Notes: generated from the letters alone by a model not told the origin. DNA of 64,000 nt from Octopus sinensis (GCF_006345805.1 NC_043017.1:33976001-34040000), one strand, 5' to 3'. Numbered from the stretch's first letter, positions 24,863 to 37,584 are shown. Translations and numbers: made by a program.

Positions 24863-26036
24863 TAGAGTGTGTTATATTATAGGGCACAAAAAGAAAATGA
24901 CTATCCCCAGACAGAACAGAATATGCTTCAACACACGAACTCATATAAAGAATCTTGCACACCAAATCCAAAAACGAAATATTGCCATTATCATTATCGC
25001 TTATGACAATTATTATCGTTGTTCCGTTTGTTCTTGCGGCTACCTTCTGTAGTCACTGTAACAGTGTTGTTGTTTTTGACTCTGGCTAGACGAAGTTCTG
25101 TAGCAGATTGTAGTTATCGTTGTCGTTATTGTTACTCCTTGTTGATTTTGTTGTTTTTGTCTTTGTCTGAGCTGTCTTATTTTCGAACGCCATTTCGGAG
25201 AAGCAATTTCGAAATCAATAACTTTATTTCGTAAAAGTTGAACAAATTATCGAATTAATTAGATATTAAACCCAACTGGAACAGAGAGTGTTCGGAACTT
25301 TTATGGATTATCTGCAGCAACTGTCATTCTTATTTATAAAGCATGTTTTACATAGCATATACTGGGAAACAAGTAAATAAAGATTACGTAAGCAAACTAA
25401 ATGAATTAACTGAGCAGAAACTGAATGCTGTACAATATACAATAAACGACCAAACTACAAGAATCAGAAACAACAATACAAACCCGTGGAGGCTTATGTG
25501 ATCATACACCAGTCTCTTTGTATTACTAACGAATGAAACTTTGTTCTATCATACGAGTAATGGTCGAAAAATGCTTACATCCTATTTCTGTATTCGTTAA
25601 GCTAGCACTAAAGCCGCGACGTCAGATTGTCCAAAACAAAGCAAAAAAGCGGGAGGTAAATTTTCCATATTATAATGCCCCATTATCGTCAGTACAATGT
25701 GCAGTTTGGGATCGAGAATGGGAATTACACATGTGTAAGTAGAAACTTCATATCAATATGAAGTATTGAACGTGTTTAAACTGTTGCTAATATATGATAA
25801 ATAAACGAACTTTTTGAAAAGGAATAGAACGAACCAAACCATGTACAAATAATGGAAATAAACAAAAGAGAAAACTATTCGATAAAGCAACAGTACGATA
25901 CCAAATATATAAAATGAGCTGCCAATACAAATCTGAGATACCCGTCATAACGATGTATACTCAACATATTTGAGCACTCGTACCTTATTTCATAAAACAA
26001 TAACAAAACAAACCCTTTTAATGTGCCTACATTATA

Positions 26037-26097
<61 letters not shown>

Positions 26098-26267
26098 GAA
26101 CAGTAAGCATAATTAAATCTCAGAATGAGATTGAAGCAGTAATCGCTCGATAATGTAAAGTATAGAAGCCATCTTATCATGGCTAACCACATTGGTGAGG
26201 GGGTTGTTACTGTAGCTTTATAGCCCCAAGAGATCTTCGTCTCTAGCTGGCTAAGACACAGATATAT

Positions 26268-26321
<54 letters not shown>

Positions 26322-26323
<2 letters not shown>

Positions 26324-26510
26324 GTTAATCCAAACAAGAAAACAAAAAAACACAGCAACGCGAGGACGTGGAACAAATAAAGTATTATTGGACGCTCAGG
26401 AAAGAAGGAAGAAGGAGGATTTAACGTTTCGATCGGAGCTCTTCGTCGGAAACATAGGAGAAGGAAAGATCCCGAGAAGGGAAGACAGAGGAAAAAAATC
26501 GCTGGCGGTA
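26322..26510 (-). mobile_element. Penelope-like element terminal fragment between (TA)n tracts
   Basis: Contains a hammerhead-like TTTCCGACGAAGAGCTCCGATCGAAACGTTAAA on the minus strand and is flanked by (TA)n on both sides. Confidence 0.55.
26419..26453 (-). ncRNA. Candidate minimal type I hammerhead motif (CCGACGA core)
   Basis: GTTT CCGACGA A GAGC TCC GATC GAAAC GTT AAAT: stem I TTT/AAA, stem II GAGC/GATC (1 mismatch), palindromic ACGT stem III. Confidence 0.55.
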
Positions 26511-26859
26511 TATATATATATATATATTACATACATAATGTTGATTTCGTTGAATTAGTTATTTCATCAGGAGCATTACCGAAATATTGTTTTTCATTTG
26601 AAATGTTGGTTCACATTTTAGGTCTCATGATGGTCAACCTTCGGGAAAAATGATATTATAGCAGACGACGCGAAAAAAAAAACTCTGAAGAATTGTGTAA
26701 TTCGGTACACAACTGAATTTCCTTTTTCAAAACTGATTGACGAGATTAGTTCAATAATGGGACAAATCGATTGCTTTTGATAGAGACTCGAGTTGAGAAA
26801 ACTTATTTTACCCACAATATGCGATTTGAACAACTTATGTCTATAAAATAAACAAGTTA

Positions 26860-27032
26860 TAGGCGCAGGAGTGGCTGTGTGGTAAGTAGCTTGCTAACCA
26901 ACCACATGGTTCCGGGTTCAGTCCCACTGCGTGGCACCTTGGGTAAGTGTCTTCTGCTATAGCCCCGGGCCGACCAATGCCTTGTGAGTGGATTTGGTAG
27001 ACGGAAACTGAAAGAAGCCTGTCGTATATATG

Positions 27033-27065
<33 letters not shown>

Positions 27066-27288
27066 TTGTGTGTCTGTGTTTGTCCCCCTAGCATTGCTTG
27101 ACAACCGATGCTGGTGTGTTTACGTCCCCGTAACTTAGCGGTTCGGCAAAAGAGACCGAAAGAATAAGTATTGGGCTTACAAAGAATAAGTCCCGGGGTC
27201 GATTTGCTCGACTAAAGGCGGTGCTCCAGCATGGCCGCAGTCAAATGACTGAAACAAGTAAAAGAGTAAAAGAGAGTAAAAGAGTAAA
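26860..27288 (+). mobile_element. SINE family A, full length
   Basis: Head TAGGCGCAGGAGTGGCTG, internal (TA)n(TG)n, (GTAAAAGA)n tail. Confidence 0.92.
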
Positions 27289-28299
27289 TTATGCTTACTC
27301 TTACAATACATTCGTGACAATAGGCGGGTACTTGTATGAATACCTGCTTGTTTATATGTATACACATATGTATCTACATACATACATACATACACATACA
27401 TAAGTATTTATACATATATATAAATACACTAGCGTGTACTTGTATATATAAATGCACTAGCTTTGTTACGCACATCGTTATTTATATAGGATACTACATA
27501 TATGCAGACGCCAAATTGTGACAAGAGGGTGGGTTGCTAAACGTTAATAAAACCATGAAAATATATTTCAGTTGATGTTATTAATAGACTTATCTATGTT
27601 TTTGACTGCGTTGTTTTTCAGTAGTAATATTGAAAATGTCAGATGGCTTTTGAAATGCAGTTTTGGTGTGTTTAGAGATCGACATTGTTTGATATTTTTG
27701 GATCTCCGGAAGCGATATATATTTTTAACTGAATTCATAACTTTCTGTCATATAGAAGCAATAACTTTTCTATGGCTTTGTTCATTTCGCTATACGGTTA
27801 TGAAATACAGACATGACTACCGTTGTTAAACACAAGATCCACGCACATCTGTCTGTGGTTATTTTCGCAACTATAAATGTACATGTCGCTGCACTTCGTC
27901 TTACAAACTTCATGTTCAGCTAGTATATTTACGCTAAATAAGCTTGACGGTACCTACTTTATTTAGACATTTTCTTTAGTTTCAAGTACATAGTGATGTC
28001 TCTTCCAAGTTCAGTTTCAGCCCTGGAACAGGAATACTATCTGAAGTAGACTGGAAATAATATTGATTGAAATCTTCCTTGAATATCGATTGGAACCTTC
28101 CTAAAAATAGGTAAGCGTATGAAAAAAACGTTCATTAATTTGACAATTATCCTAATATTTATTCTACGGTAGACTAACAATTTTGAAGAGCCAACGGTTA
28201 CTCGCTCCTGTTGGTTTTTGTGCTACGTTTAATAAACAAATTATCATTAAAAAAAAACAGAAGGTAATGGCTACTGTACGGTCCAGTAAGATGTCATAG

Positions 28300-28703
28300 C
28301 TTTTATCGTTTATCTGTTTCAGTATTTAGACTGCGGCCATGCTGGAGCATTGTCTTGAAGAAATTCTAGTCGACTAAATCAACCCCGTGACTTATTATTT
28401 TAAGCCTGGTACTTATTCTATCGGAATCTTTTGACGAACCGCTAACTTACGGGGTCGTAAACACACCAAGACTAGTTCTCAAGCAGTGGTAGAGAATAAA
28501 CAACAGACACAAAGACACACACACACATAAATATATTCATATATAAAGACGGGCTTCTTTCAGTTTCCGTCTACCAAATCCCCTCACAAGGTTTCGGTCG
28601 GCCCGAGACTATAGTAGAAGACACTTACCCAAGGTTCCACGCAGTGGGACTGAACCCGGAACCATGTGGGAAGCAAGCATCTTACCACACAGTCACACCT
28701 GTA
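28300..28703 (-). mobile_element. SINE family A, diverged
   Basis: Reverse complement of family A. Confidence 0.85.
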
Positions 28704-28768
28704 GATATTATTTAAAGTCGTCATAACACACTGTGTTGTCAATGTTTCGCTACAGGTACAAAATCGTG

Positions 28769-29129
28769 GCACTCCGTCGGTTACGAAGACGTGGGTTCCA
28801 GTTGATCCACACAACGGAACAGCTTGCTCGTGAAATTAACGTGCAAGTGGCTGAGCACTCCACAGACACGTGTACCCTTAACGTAGTTCTCGGTGAAAGT
28901 CAGCGTGACACAGAGAGTTGCAAGGCCGGCCCTTTGAAATACAGGTACAACAGAAACAGGAAGTAAGAGTGAGAGGAAGTTGTGGTGAAAGAGTACAGCA
29001 GGGATCACCACCCCCTGCCGGAGCCTCGTGGAGCTTTTAGGTATTTTCGCTCAATAAACACACACAACGCCCGGTCTGGGAATCGACCGTGAGTCCGCTG
29101 TCCTAACCACTAGGCCATTGCGCCTCCAC
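28769..29129 (-). mobile_element. SINE family C
   Basis: Reverse complement of 9434-9814. Confidence 0.9.
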
Positions 29130-29539
29130 ACATTACAATATATGGTACTTAATAAACTGCGGGTTTATTAAATGAACTGAGTTAAACTCAGTTAAATATA
29201 CAGAGGAAAACAGGAGGCATCATGGTTTATAACTCTTGTAAGGGAGAGACGTGTACCGTATGATCCACCATGTGTTACAGTTGCATTCACTAAGTCTTGT
29301 TTATCCTTTCCTTCAGGGGCAAAGTCTAGTTTATACGAAGAATGCCTCTATGAGAGTTTCTCTCATGGTACCTACGACACAATAGTTTGTTCTAACAAAA
29401 GACGCACGTTTAAGTGGAGTTAGATATTACCCATTTAAGAGTTAGAATTGGACAGGTTTCTTATACTTAATCTGGCTTAAATCACATTTTATCAATATGA
29501 TATCCAATACAATAATGTTATTGCAAATATTCCAATTAG

Positions 29540-29840
29540 TACGAGCATCATCAGTACTATCAGGATCAGACTCATATTCATGAATATTATCATCGTCATC
29601 ATCATCATCATCATCACCACCGCCACTGCCAAAACAAGAATCATTATAATGTAGAAGATAAGGGTGAAGAACTTCTTCATCGCCACTGCGATCATCTTCG
29701 TCGTCGTCGTCGTCATCATCATCAAAATGAAAGACAGCATGTTGTTTGTTCGGGATCTAATGTAGTTAGAAAATATTTTAATCCTTTGATACTAATTGAA
29801 ATGATCATCATCATCATCATCATCATCAATATCATCAATC
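29540..29840. repeat. Degenerate (CAT)n/(CGT)n low-complexity tract
   Basis: Direct inspection; explains ORF 29492..29740. Confidence 0.85.
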
Positions 29841-30119
29841 ACTCTCGCCAACCTCCTTATTTAGCTTTGATCATTCAGTGAAAAAATTCCATTTAATTTT
29901 TTGCCTCGTTCCGTAAACTTTGGATCGCCTACGTTTTCGAATTAAAAAGATTTTTCTCATGAAAAATTAACGAAGCTTTTTAAATGGAATGTCCTCATAA
30001 GGAGGTTGATGCGCAAGTATTTTCCAAAACTCTACTCTAAGTATGATGGTTCTTAAATCGATATCGTAATAATTGTAGCTAATACTGATATATCGATGAG
30101 TTTTAATAATGGCGTTCAA

Positions 30120-31269
30120 TAAGGCGGCGAGCTGGCAGAATCGTTAGCACGCCGGGCGAAATGCTGAGCGGTATTTCGTCTGCCGTTACGTTCTGTGTTC
30201 AAATTCCGCCGAGGTCGACTTTGCCTTTCATCCTTTCGGGGTCGATAAATTAAGTATCAGTTACGCACTGGGGTCGATAAAATCGACTTAATCTGTTTAT
30301 CTGTCCTTGTTTGTCCTCTCTGTGTTTAGCCCCTTGTGGGTAGTAAAGAAATAGGTATTTCGTCTGCCGTTAAGTTCTGAGTCCAAACTCTGCTGAGGAC
30401 GACTTTGCCTTTCATCCTTTCGGGGTCGATGAATTAAGTACCAGTTTCGCACTGGTGTCGATACAATCGATTTAATCCCTTTGTCTGTCCTTGTTTGTCC
30501 CCTCTGTGTTTAGCTCCTTGTGGGTAGTAAAGAAATAGGTATTTCGTCTGCCGCTACGTTCTGAGTTCAAATTCCGCCGAGGTCGACTTTGCCTTTCATC
30601 TCTTCGGGGTCGATAAATTAAGTACCAGTTACGCACTGGTGTCGATACAATCGATTTAATCCGTTTGTCTGTCCTTGTTTGTCCCCTCTATGTTTAGCCC
30701 CTTGTGGATAGTAAAGAAATAGGTATTTCGTCTGTCGCTACGTTCTGAGTTCAAATTCCGCCGAGGTCGACTTTGCCTTTCATCCTTTCGGGGTCGATAA
30801 ATTAAGTACTTGTTACGCACTGGTGTCGATACAATCGATTTAATCCCTTTGTCTGTCCTTGTTTGTCCCCTCTGTGTTTAGCTCCTTGTGGGTAGTAAAG
30901 AAATAGGTATTTCGTCTGCCGCTACGTTCTGAGTTCAAATTCCGCCGAGGTCGACTTTGCCTTTCATCTCTTCGGGGTCGATAAATTAAGTACCAGTTAC
31001 GCACTGGTGTCGATACAATCGATTTAATCCGTTTGTCTGTCCTTGTTTGTTCTCTCTGTTTATCATCTTGTGGGTAGTAAAGAAATAGGTATTTCGTCTG
31101 CCGTTACGTTCTGAGTTCAAATTTCGCCGAGGTTGACTTTGCCCTTCATCTTTTCGGGGTCGATGAATTAAGTACCAGTTACGCACTGGGGTCGATACAA
31201 TCGATTTAATCCGTTTGTCTGTCCTTGTTTGTCCCCTCTGTGTTTAGCCCCTTGTGGGTAGTAAAGAAA
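30120..31269 (+). mobile_element. SINE family B hexamer (head + 6 x 184-bp bodies)
   Basis: Bodies start with GGTATTTCG at 30170, 30354, 30538, 30722, 30906 and 31088. Confidence 0.95.
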
Positions 31270-31385
31270 AGTAATAATAACGCTCAACACGTTATGACAA
31301 CGACCACGAACGCGACAGTACCGTAGCGACGACAACGATGATGGCAATGATGAGCTTAACTGTGATCATGAATGTAAATATGAAT

Positions 31386-31810
31386 TACTCTTCACTCTCT
31401 TTTACTCTTTTACTTGTTTCAGTCATTTGACTGCGGCCATGCTGGAGCACCGCCTTTAGTCGAGCAAATCGACCCACCCATGACTTATTCTTTGTAAGCC
31501 CAGTACTTATTCTATCGGTCTCTTTTGCCGAATCGCTAAGTGACGGAGACGTAAACACACCAGCATCGGTTGTCAAGCAATGCTGGGGGGACAAACACAC
31601 ACACACAAACACACACACATATATATATATATATATACATATATACGACGGGCTTCTTTCAGTTTCCGTCTACCAAATCCACTCACAAGGCATTGGTTGG
31701 CCCGGGGCTATAGCAGAAGACACTTGCCCAAAATGCCACGCAGTGGGACTGAACCCGGAACCATATGGTTGGTTAGCAAGCTACTTACCACACAGCCACT
31801 CCTGCGCCTA
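31386..31810 (-). mobile_element. SINE family A, full length
   Basis: Reverse complement of family A, including tail. Confidence 0.92.
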
Positions 31811-32197
31811 TTCATATTATTCATACTATTCATAATATTATAATGATAATTTTAAACTTAATAGCAAATGGCTTTACTCCATCTTATTTTAAGTCAACCA
31901 CGATTAAGCAGAGTTAACGTCAACACTGTTGCAGAACTGACCATTCCATCATTTTTAAGAACATCAAGGAGGTTCTGTTGCTATTTCTAACAGGCCAAGT
32001 GACTAAATACAGACAGCCGTAGTTCTGCAGGCACAAGTGGAACCACATACTTTTTGTGTATATGTTCTGGTATTTAGTCAACTGAATTTTTTTAGTCCGG
32101 ATTAATCCTATTAGAGATCGCTAATATGTTAACAGATTCATATATATTTCATAATCCTTCAAGTTGATTAATATACTTCCTACTAACATTTATTATA

Positions 32198-32430
32198 TAT
32201 TTCTTTATTGCCCACAAGGGGCTACACACAGAGGGGACAAACAAGGAGAGACAAAGGGGTTAAGTCGATTACATCGACCCCAGTGCGAAACCTGTACTTT
32301 ATTTATCGACCCCGAAGAGATAAAAGGCAAAGTTGACCTCGGCGGAATTTGAACTCAGAACGTAGCGACAGACGAAATACCGCTAAGCATTTCGTCCAGC
32401 GTGCTAACGATTCTGCCAGCACGCCGTCTT
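32198..32430 (-). mobile_element. SINE B monomer
   Basis: Head plus one body ending in GAAATA. Confidence 0.88.
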
Positions 32431-32470
32431 ATGGAAAATGAATACAGAATAATTGATACGTAAAGAAAGT

Positions 32471-32900
32471 ATATTGGTGTCAAATTTTGCACAATGCAAG
32501 CAATTTCGGACAAGGGGTAAGCCGATTACGTCGAGCTCATTGCTCAACTGGTACTTATTTTAACAACCCCCGAAAAGATGAAAGGCAAAGTGGACCTCAA
32601 CGAAATTTAAACTGAGAATGTAAGGACGGACGAAACGTCATTAAACATTTTTTCCCGACGTGCTAACGGTTCTGCCGGCTGTGATGGCAGCCAGCTAGCG
32701 AAATCGCTGGCACATCGGGTAAGACACGTATCAGCCTTTCGTCTGACTTGACTTTCTGAGCTCAAATTCTGCCGAGGTCGACTTTGCCTTTCATCTTTTC
32801 GGAGTCTATAAAATAAGTACCAGTTGAGTTCTGGGGTCAACACAATCGATTTACCTCTTCCCATGAGATTGCTGTCCCTGTGCCAAAATTTGAAACCAAT
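32471..32900. mobile_element. Two diverged SINE B' copies head-to-head (minus 32471-32680, plus 32684-32900)
   Basis: Both have the core TTTGCCTTTCATCTTTTCGG and the B' tail TGTGC(C)AAAATTTGA, in opposite orientations. Confidence 0.75.
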
Positions 32901-33974
32901 GTGAACATGCACACAACTTTGCCTATATTATATTAAGTTCAGTGCTAAACACTGAAACCCCTGGTGAATATTTTATAAGACCATTTTCTCTTTGTTATAA
33001 ATATGTTTTATTGATGGATATCCTTTTATGAAATGGACAAACACTTCAGTAACATTTTTCCCTGAACCTGACTTGTTTCATAAAGAGTTATTTACTACAA
33101 ATCAAACAAATATTTGCAGCGTGGGAGGTGTTTATAAACCATTTAAGAAACACACAAAAACCGTTAGATTCACTTCAACATTTAAAGTTAATTTGTTAAA
33201 ATATTTTAGTCGCTTTGAGACCCCGACCTGTCCACTGACAAAATTTCGTGCTGCATCTCCTTCCACGCTGCAATTGTTTTCGTTCTAGCACACGATCTCA
33301 GATCAAGTCACTTGCTATGCAAGTACATCTCCATAAAACACATAATTTGTTGCAGTTTTATAAAGCAAGAACAAATCAAAAACAACTTTATTTACATTAT
33401 ATTCATTAGCATAATCGTCATCAACAACATTTTCACTCCCACCAAGGCTACAAACAACACCAGCCATTGCCGAATATAATGTATTAGAAAATATTAAATA
33501 GATACAGGCACCTATCAGGAAAAATTATTTCAGAAAAAGAAATATAAATTATTTTCCCCTATTTCTACTAAAGTGAATACATTTTGTCTAAGACTTAATG
33601 CTATTTCCAAATTATATTAAAGAAATAAAAGGAAACGGTAATTGTCAAAAAATGTTTTCATTGGTTAAATATTCAGATTTGTTTTAATATAAGAAAAAAA
33701 TCCAGTTCCTGAAAATAGAAATTTTTAACTTGTTTGCCAAGATATTTTTAATATCGACTTTTTCATTATGTGCTTAATTTTTTTTTTTTTACTTTCATTT
33801 CCTATCTCTCTCTGGAACACGGAAAATAATGTGGGTGTATGCGCGCGCCCGCACTCGTGTGTGTGTATATGCATATATATGTGTATGGTTGTGCATGCAT
33901 GTATGAATGTGTGTATATGCGTTTGTGTATTTATGTATTATAAATATCTATATAATCATATATGAGTAACACAC

Positions 33975-33995
33975 ACAGACACACACACACATATA

Positions 33996-34033
<38 letters not shown>

Positions 34034-34063
34034 CATATATATATATGTATGTATATATACATG

Positions 34064-34098
<35 letters not shown>

Positions 34099-34136
34099 TA
34101 TATATATATATACATATATATTCATATATATATATG

Positions 34137-34185
<49 letters not shown>

Positions 34186-34190
34186 TTTTA
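33975..34190. repeat. (TA)n microsatellite
   Basis: Direct inspection. Confidence 0.95.
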
Positions 34191-35025
34191 TATATTTACA
34201 GAAAGAGACAGGCGTACTCACACAATCACATATATGTATCTGTGTCAAATATCTATATAGATGTACGCGTGTCTGTACGCTGCACAATTGCTGTCTATAT
34301 TTTTTTCTTTTCATAAAACTGGAAATAAGCAAGGTAAAAAGAAGAATGTAAAATCTAATAACTATAAAAAGCATCAGTTGCTTAACCATCTTGAAATCCT
34401 CTTTAACTTTAATCTCCCGTAGAGACTAGCGTTCGCCATTGTATATACATTTATTACAAATACTTTCCAAGGAATTTGATTTTTACAAAAAGAAAAAATG
34501 ATATTTCTTTTGTTTTCCGTTGTCAAAGCAAACGAAACATCTCATTGTTTCTTTTCCCATTTACAATTGTTTTCCTCTGATAACAGCCAGAACATTTTAA
34601 GTCTGTTGTCGTAATCTAGTTTTGTTCTGTCAAGTAAATTACATTCACTTATATATCGGCCAGCAAACGACAATGAATGTAATAATTTTAAGATTATAAT
34701 AATGTCCACTTACATTTTATGACATATTCCAGATTGTCATTGATTCTAATAACATGCTTTCAATTCTATATTAATGATAATTTCCAACATATTTTCGTAT
34801 CTTCCTATAGTATTTATACGCGTCTAACTACGGGGTCAAATACAAACTTTCAACATTTAAAGTCTTGAATTCTGTTACACTGGGAGAATGTTTTATCAGT
34901 ATCTATTGGCTTCAAAATGATCAAACCCGCTATTATTTTTTAGATGATATTATTAATTATAAGCGACCTTGGAGAAATATCTAATAGAGAAGAATCATTT
35001 CTGTTTTCAACATATATTAAAGTTA

Positions 35026-35430
35026 TAGGTACAGGAGTGGCTGTGTGGTAAGTAGCTTGTTTACCAACCACATGGTTCCGGATTCAGTCCCACTGCGTGG
35101 CACCTTGGGCAAGTGTCTTCTACTATAGCCTCGGGCCAACCAAAGCCTTGTGAGTGGATTTGGTAGACGGAAACTGAAAGAAGCCCGTCGTATATATGTA
35201 TATATGTATATATGTGCGTGTATGTTTGAATGTCTGTGTTTGTCCCCCTAGCATTGCTTGACAACCGATGCTGGTGTGTTTACATCCCCGTCACTTAGCG
35301 GTTGGGCAAAAGAGACTGATAGAATAAGTACTGGGCTTACAAAGAATAATTCGCGGGGTCGAGTTGCTCGATTAAAGGCGGTGCTCCAGCATGGCCGCAG
35401 TCGAATGACTGAAACAAGTAAAAGAGTAAA
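35026..35430 (+). mobile_element. SINE family A, full length
   Basis: Head, internal microsatellite and tail as at 13155. Confidence 0.92.
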
Positions 35431-35649
35431 GTGTCAAAGAGTATATTCAGAGTTGTGCCGACAAACATTAAGCCGTTGTACAGTTTTACCCGTTGTCTTT
35501 GGAAGTATATAATTTTATGACTAATTGCTTTCTCTATCGTAATTAATTATATTAATTATATTATATTAAATTATTCGTAAGAATGAAGATTATTTAAAGT
35601 CTGCCCCGCGAATATAAACAACAAAACAACTTTGTATGATTACTTCGAA

Positions 35650-36032
35650 GGTACTACTAGCGAACAGTGGCCCTGGTGCGCGCACTCGCGCATCCGCGCT
35701 AGCTAGTCGTAAGTAGTCAATCCTACAATGACTTTCGCGCATGCGCGATACATGTTTGTAGTTCAAGGCTGAATACATATCAAACAAAATGTTTTTTTTT
35801 GTATTTTTCGAACAAAGTAAATAAAACGCAAAGTAAATAATTTTTTTTTTATTATTTTTAACCCTAAACCTAACCTTAGTTCGTTTATAAAAAATAATTT
35901 ATTTACTTAGTTTAAAAAATTATTTACTTTGCGTGTTATTTACTTTGTTCGAAAAATAGGATCGACTACTTACGACTAGCTAGCGCGGATGCGCGAGTGC
36001 GCGCACCGGGACCACTGTTCGCTAGTAGTGCC
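35650..36032. mobile_element. Mutator (MULE)-type MITE, 76-bp TIRs, 9-bp TSD
   Basis: The TSD TACTTCGAA is at 35641-35649 and 36033-36041. TIRs are at 35650-35725 and 35957-36032 and begin with GG. A 9-bp TSD with long TIRs is characteristic of MULEs. Confidence 0.85.
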
Positions 36033-36949
36033 TACTTCGAATAGTTTTAAGTAACAACGATACAACTGCATTCGGTTATTAGGAAAATTTGTATGGATAA
36101 AAATAGAATTACTTTCCGAAAGGTAAAAGGTTGAATAGGCTAAAATTTCACAGAATAGAGTTAAGAAATGACAAACATAAAGAATTAACGTGTTTGTTTG
36201 CTTCTACATAATACATTTATATAATCCCTAATATCTGGACACAGCTGAGTAATTGGAAGAGAAAAAGATGAAAATGGATTAGCCGCCTCCTTGCAAATTT
36301 GATAGTATATATGTGAGACTGACCAAAGTGCTAAGAATTAAAAGACGCCAATAGTTGAATTGATCCAGTAATTTACAGATGGGAAGAGCAAGGAGGGGTT
36401 CAAGCTAAAGTTGGAGTTTGATTACTATGTCCTACTATATTTTACGCTTTCTCAGCAGATTTGTACAGATATTTTTAATCTGTTATACCGTCTTATTCCA
36501 TTTAACGACTCCACCATTAAGGTAATGTGAGAACATCATCTTGTTTTTAATCCAAGTATTATATGTTCTATGATGACATTTTGATTATAAAAGAGAAATT
36601 AACTATTGATAATCTTGCAACTATTATAATTTTGTAACACTCGTCATGCTGAAAGGAACAACAAATCATCCTCAAACCAAACAAAAATTATATAACATAT
36701 GAAATATTCTTTGTATACTTCCAGATACGTGATTGAAAGGTACAAAGTGCCGGAAGGTTTCCGATTTAGGATGGGCTTGAGCTAACACGATTTGTTTCAC
36801 TATCCGGCTCCCTCTCAATGTACAGGATGTTCGGGCAGGCTAAATTCGACGACATTTATGTATCCTTTTTGCAGGAACAGCTTGATGTTTTAGGGGAAAA
36901 GTCAACGACATTGGAGAGCATAATGATTCACGTTGTAGTTGAGAAAAAG

Positions 36950-37584
36950 TCAGTTGACATGGAGGAAAGGAAGTCATTTGAATATTGGAAAAGAGTTACA
37001 AGTATCCTGATGATTCGAACCGGGTATCAAAATGCCGACAACATCACTGCTGCTCAATTCTCTATGAACACTGTAAATTCTGTAAGACGTGACATGGGCA
37101 GCTTCACACGGGACCTACATGAAAGGAGAGATCAGCAGGAAGGGAGAGACATTCTGACTGCGTCTGCTGGAGTTCATCCTCACAGCTTTGTACAAGTCCT
37201 TAGGGGCAATTTAGACGTTTATGTGAAGCTGCTGCAGACTGTGGTCAATCCCTGGCAGAAAGGGGTTGCTGCTGAAAGGTAATATGCTTCGCAGCGGGAT
37301 CCGGCTCCTTGCAATACCCACGGACCAAGTAGTTGTCGGGCAATTTCTTCTACTTCACCAGTCCCAATTTCTGTTTCCTAATTCTCCCGATTGTAATCCT
37401 GTGGACTGCTACGTGCGGGGTGCGGTTGACAAAGACACCAACCGCTTTGCCTGCAACATGCGGGTCGTAGTCGTGACCAAGATCAAGGCGCTTTCCCCAT
37501 GAACACTGTGTGGAACGCATATGGGCCAAATTCCAGAGCAGTCTTGATGCTGCAGTGGAAGCTGGGTGCTGATACTTCGAGTAA
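36950..37584 (+). pseudogene. Tc1/mariner-superfamily transposase remnant, maT/DD37D-like
   Basis: Frameshifted ..YVKLLQTVVNPW.., QRDPAPC and PNSPDCNPVDCYVRGAVDKDTNR motifs. Asp in place of Glu after SPDxNP fits maT/DD37D; exact spacing cannot be counted because of the frameshifts. Confidence 0.75.
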
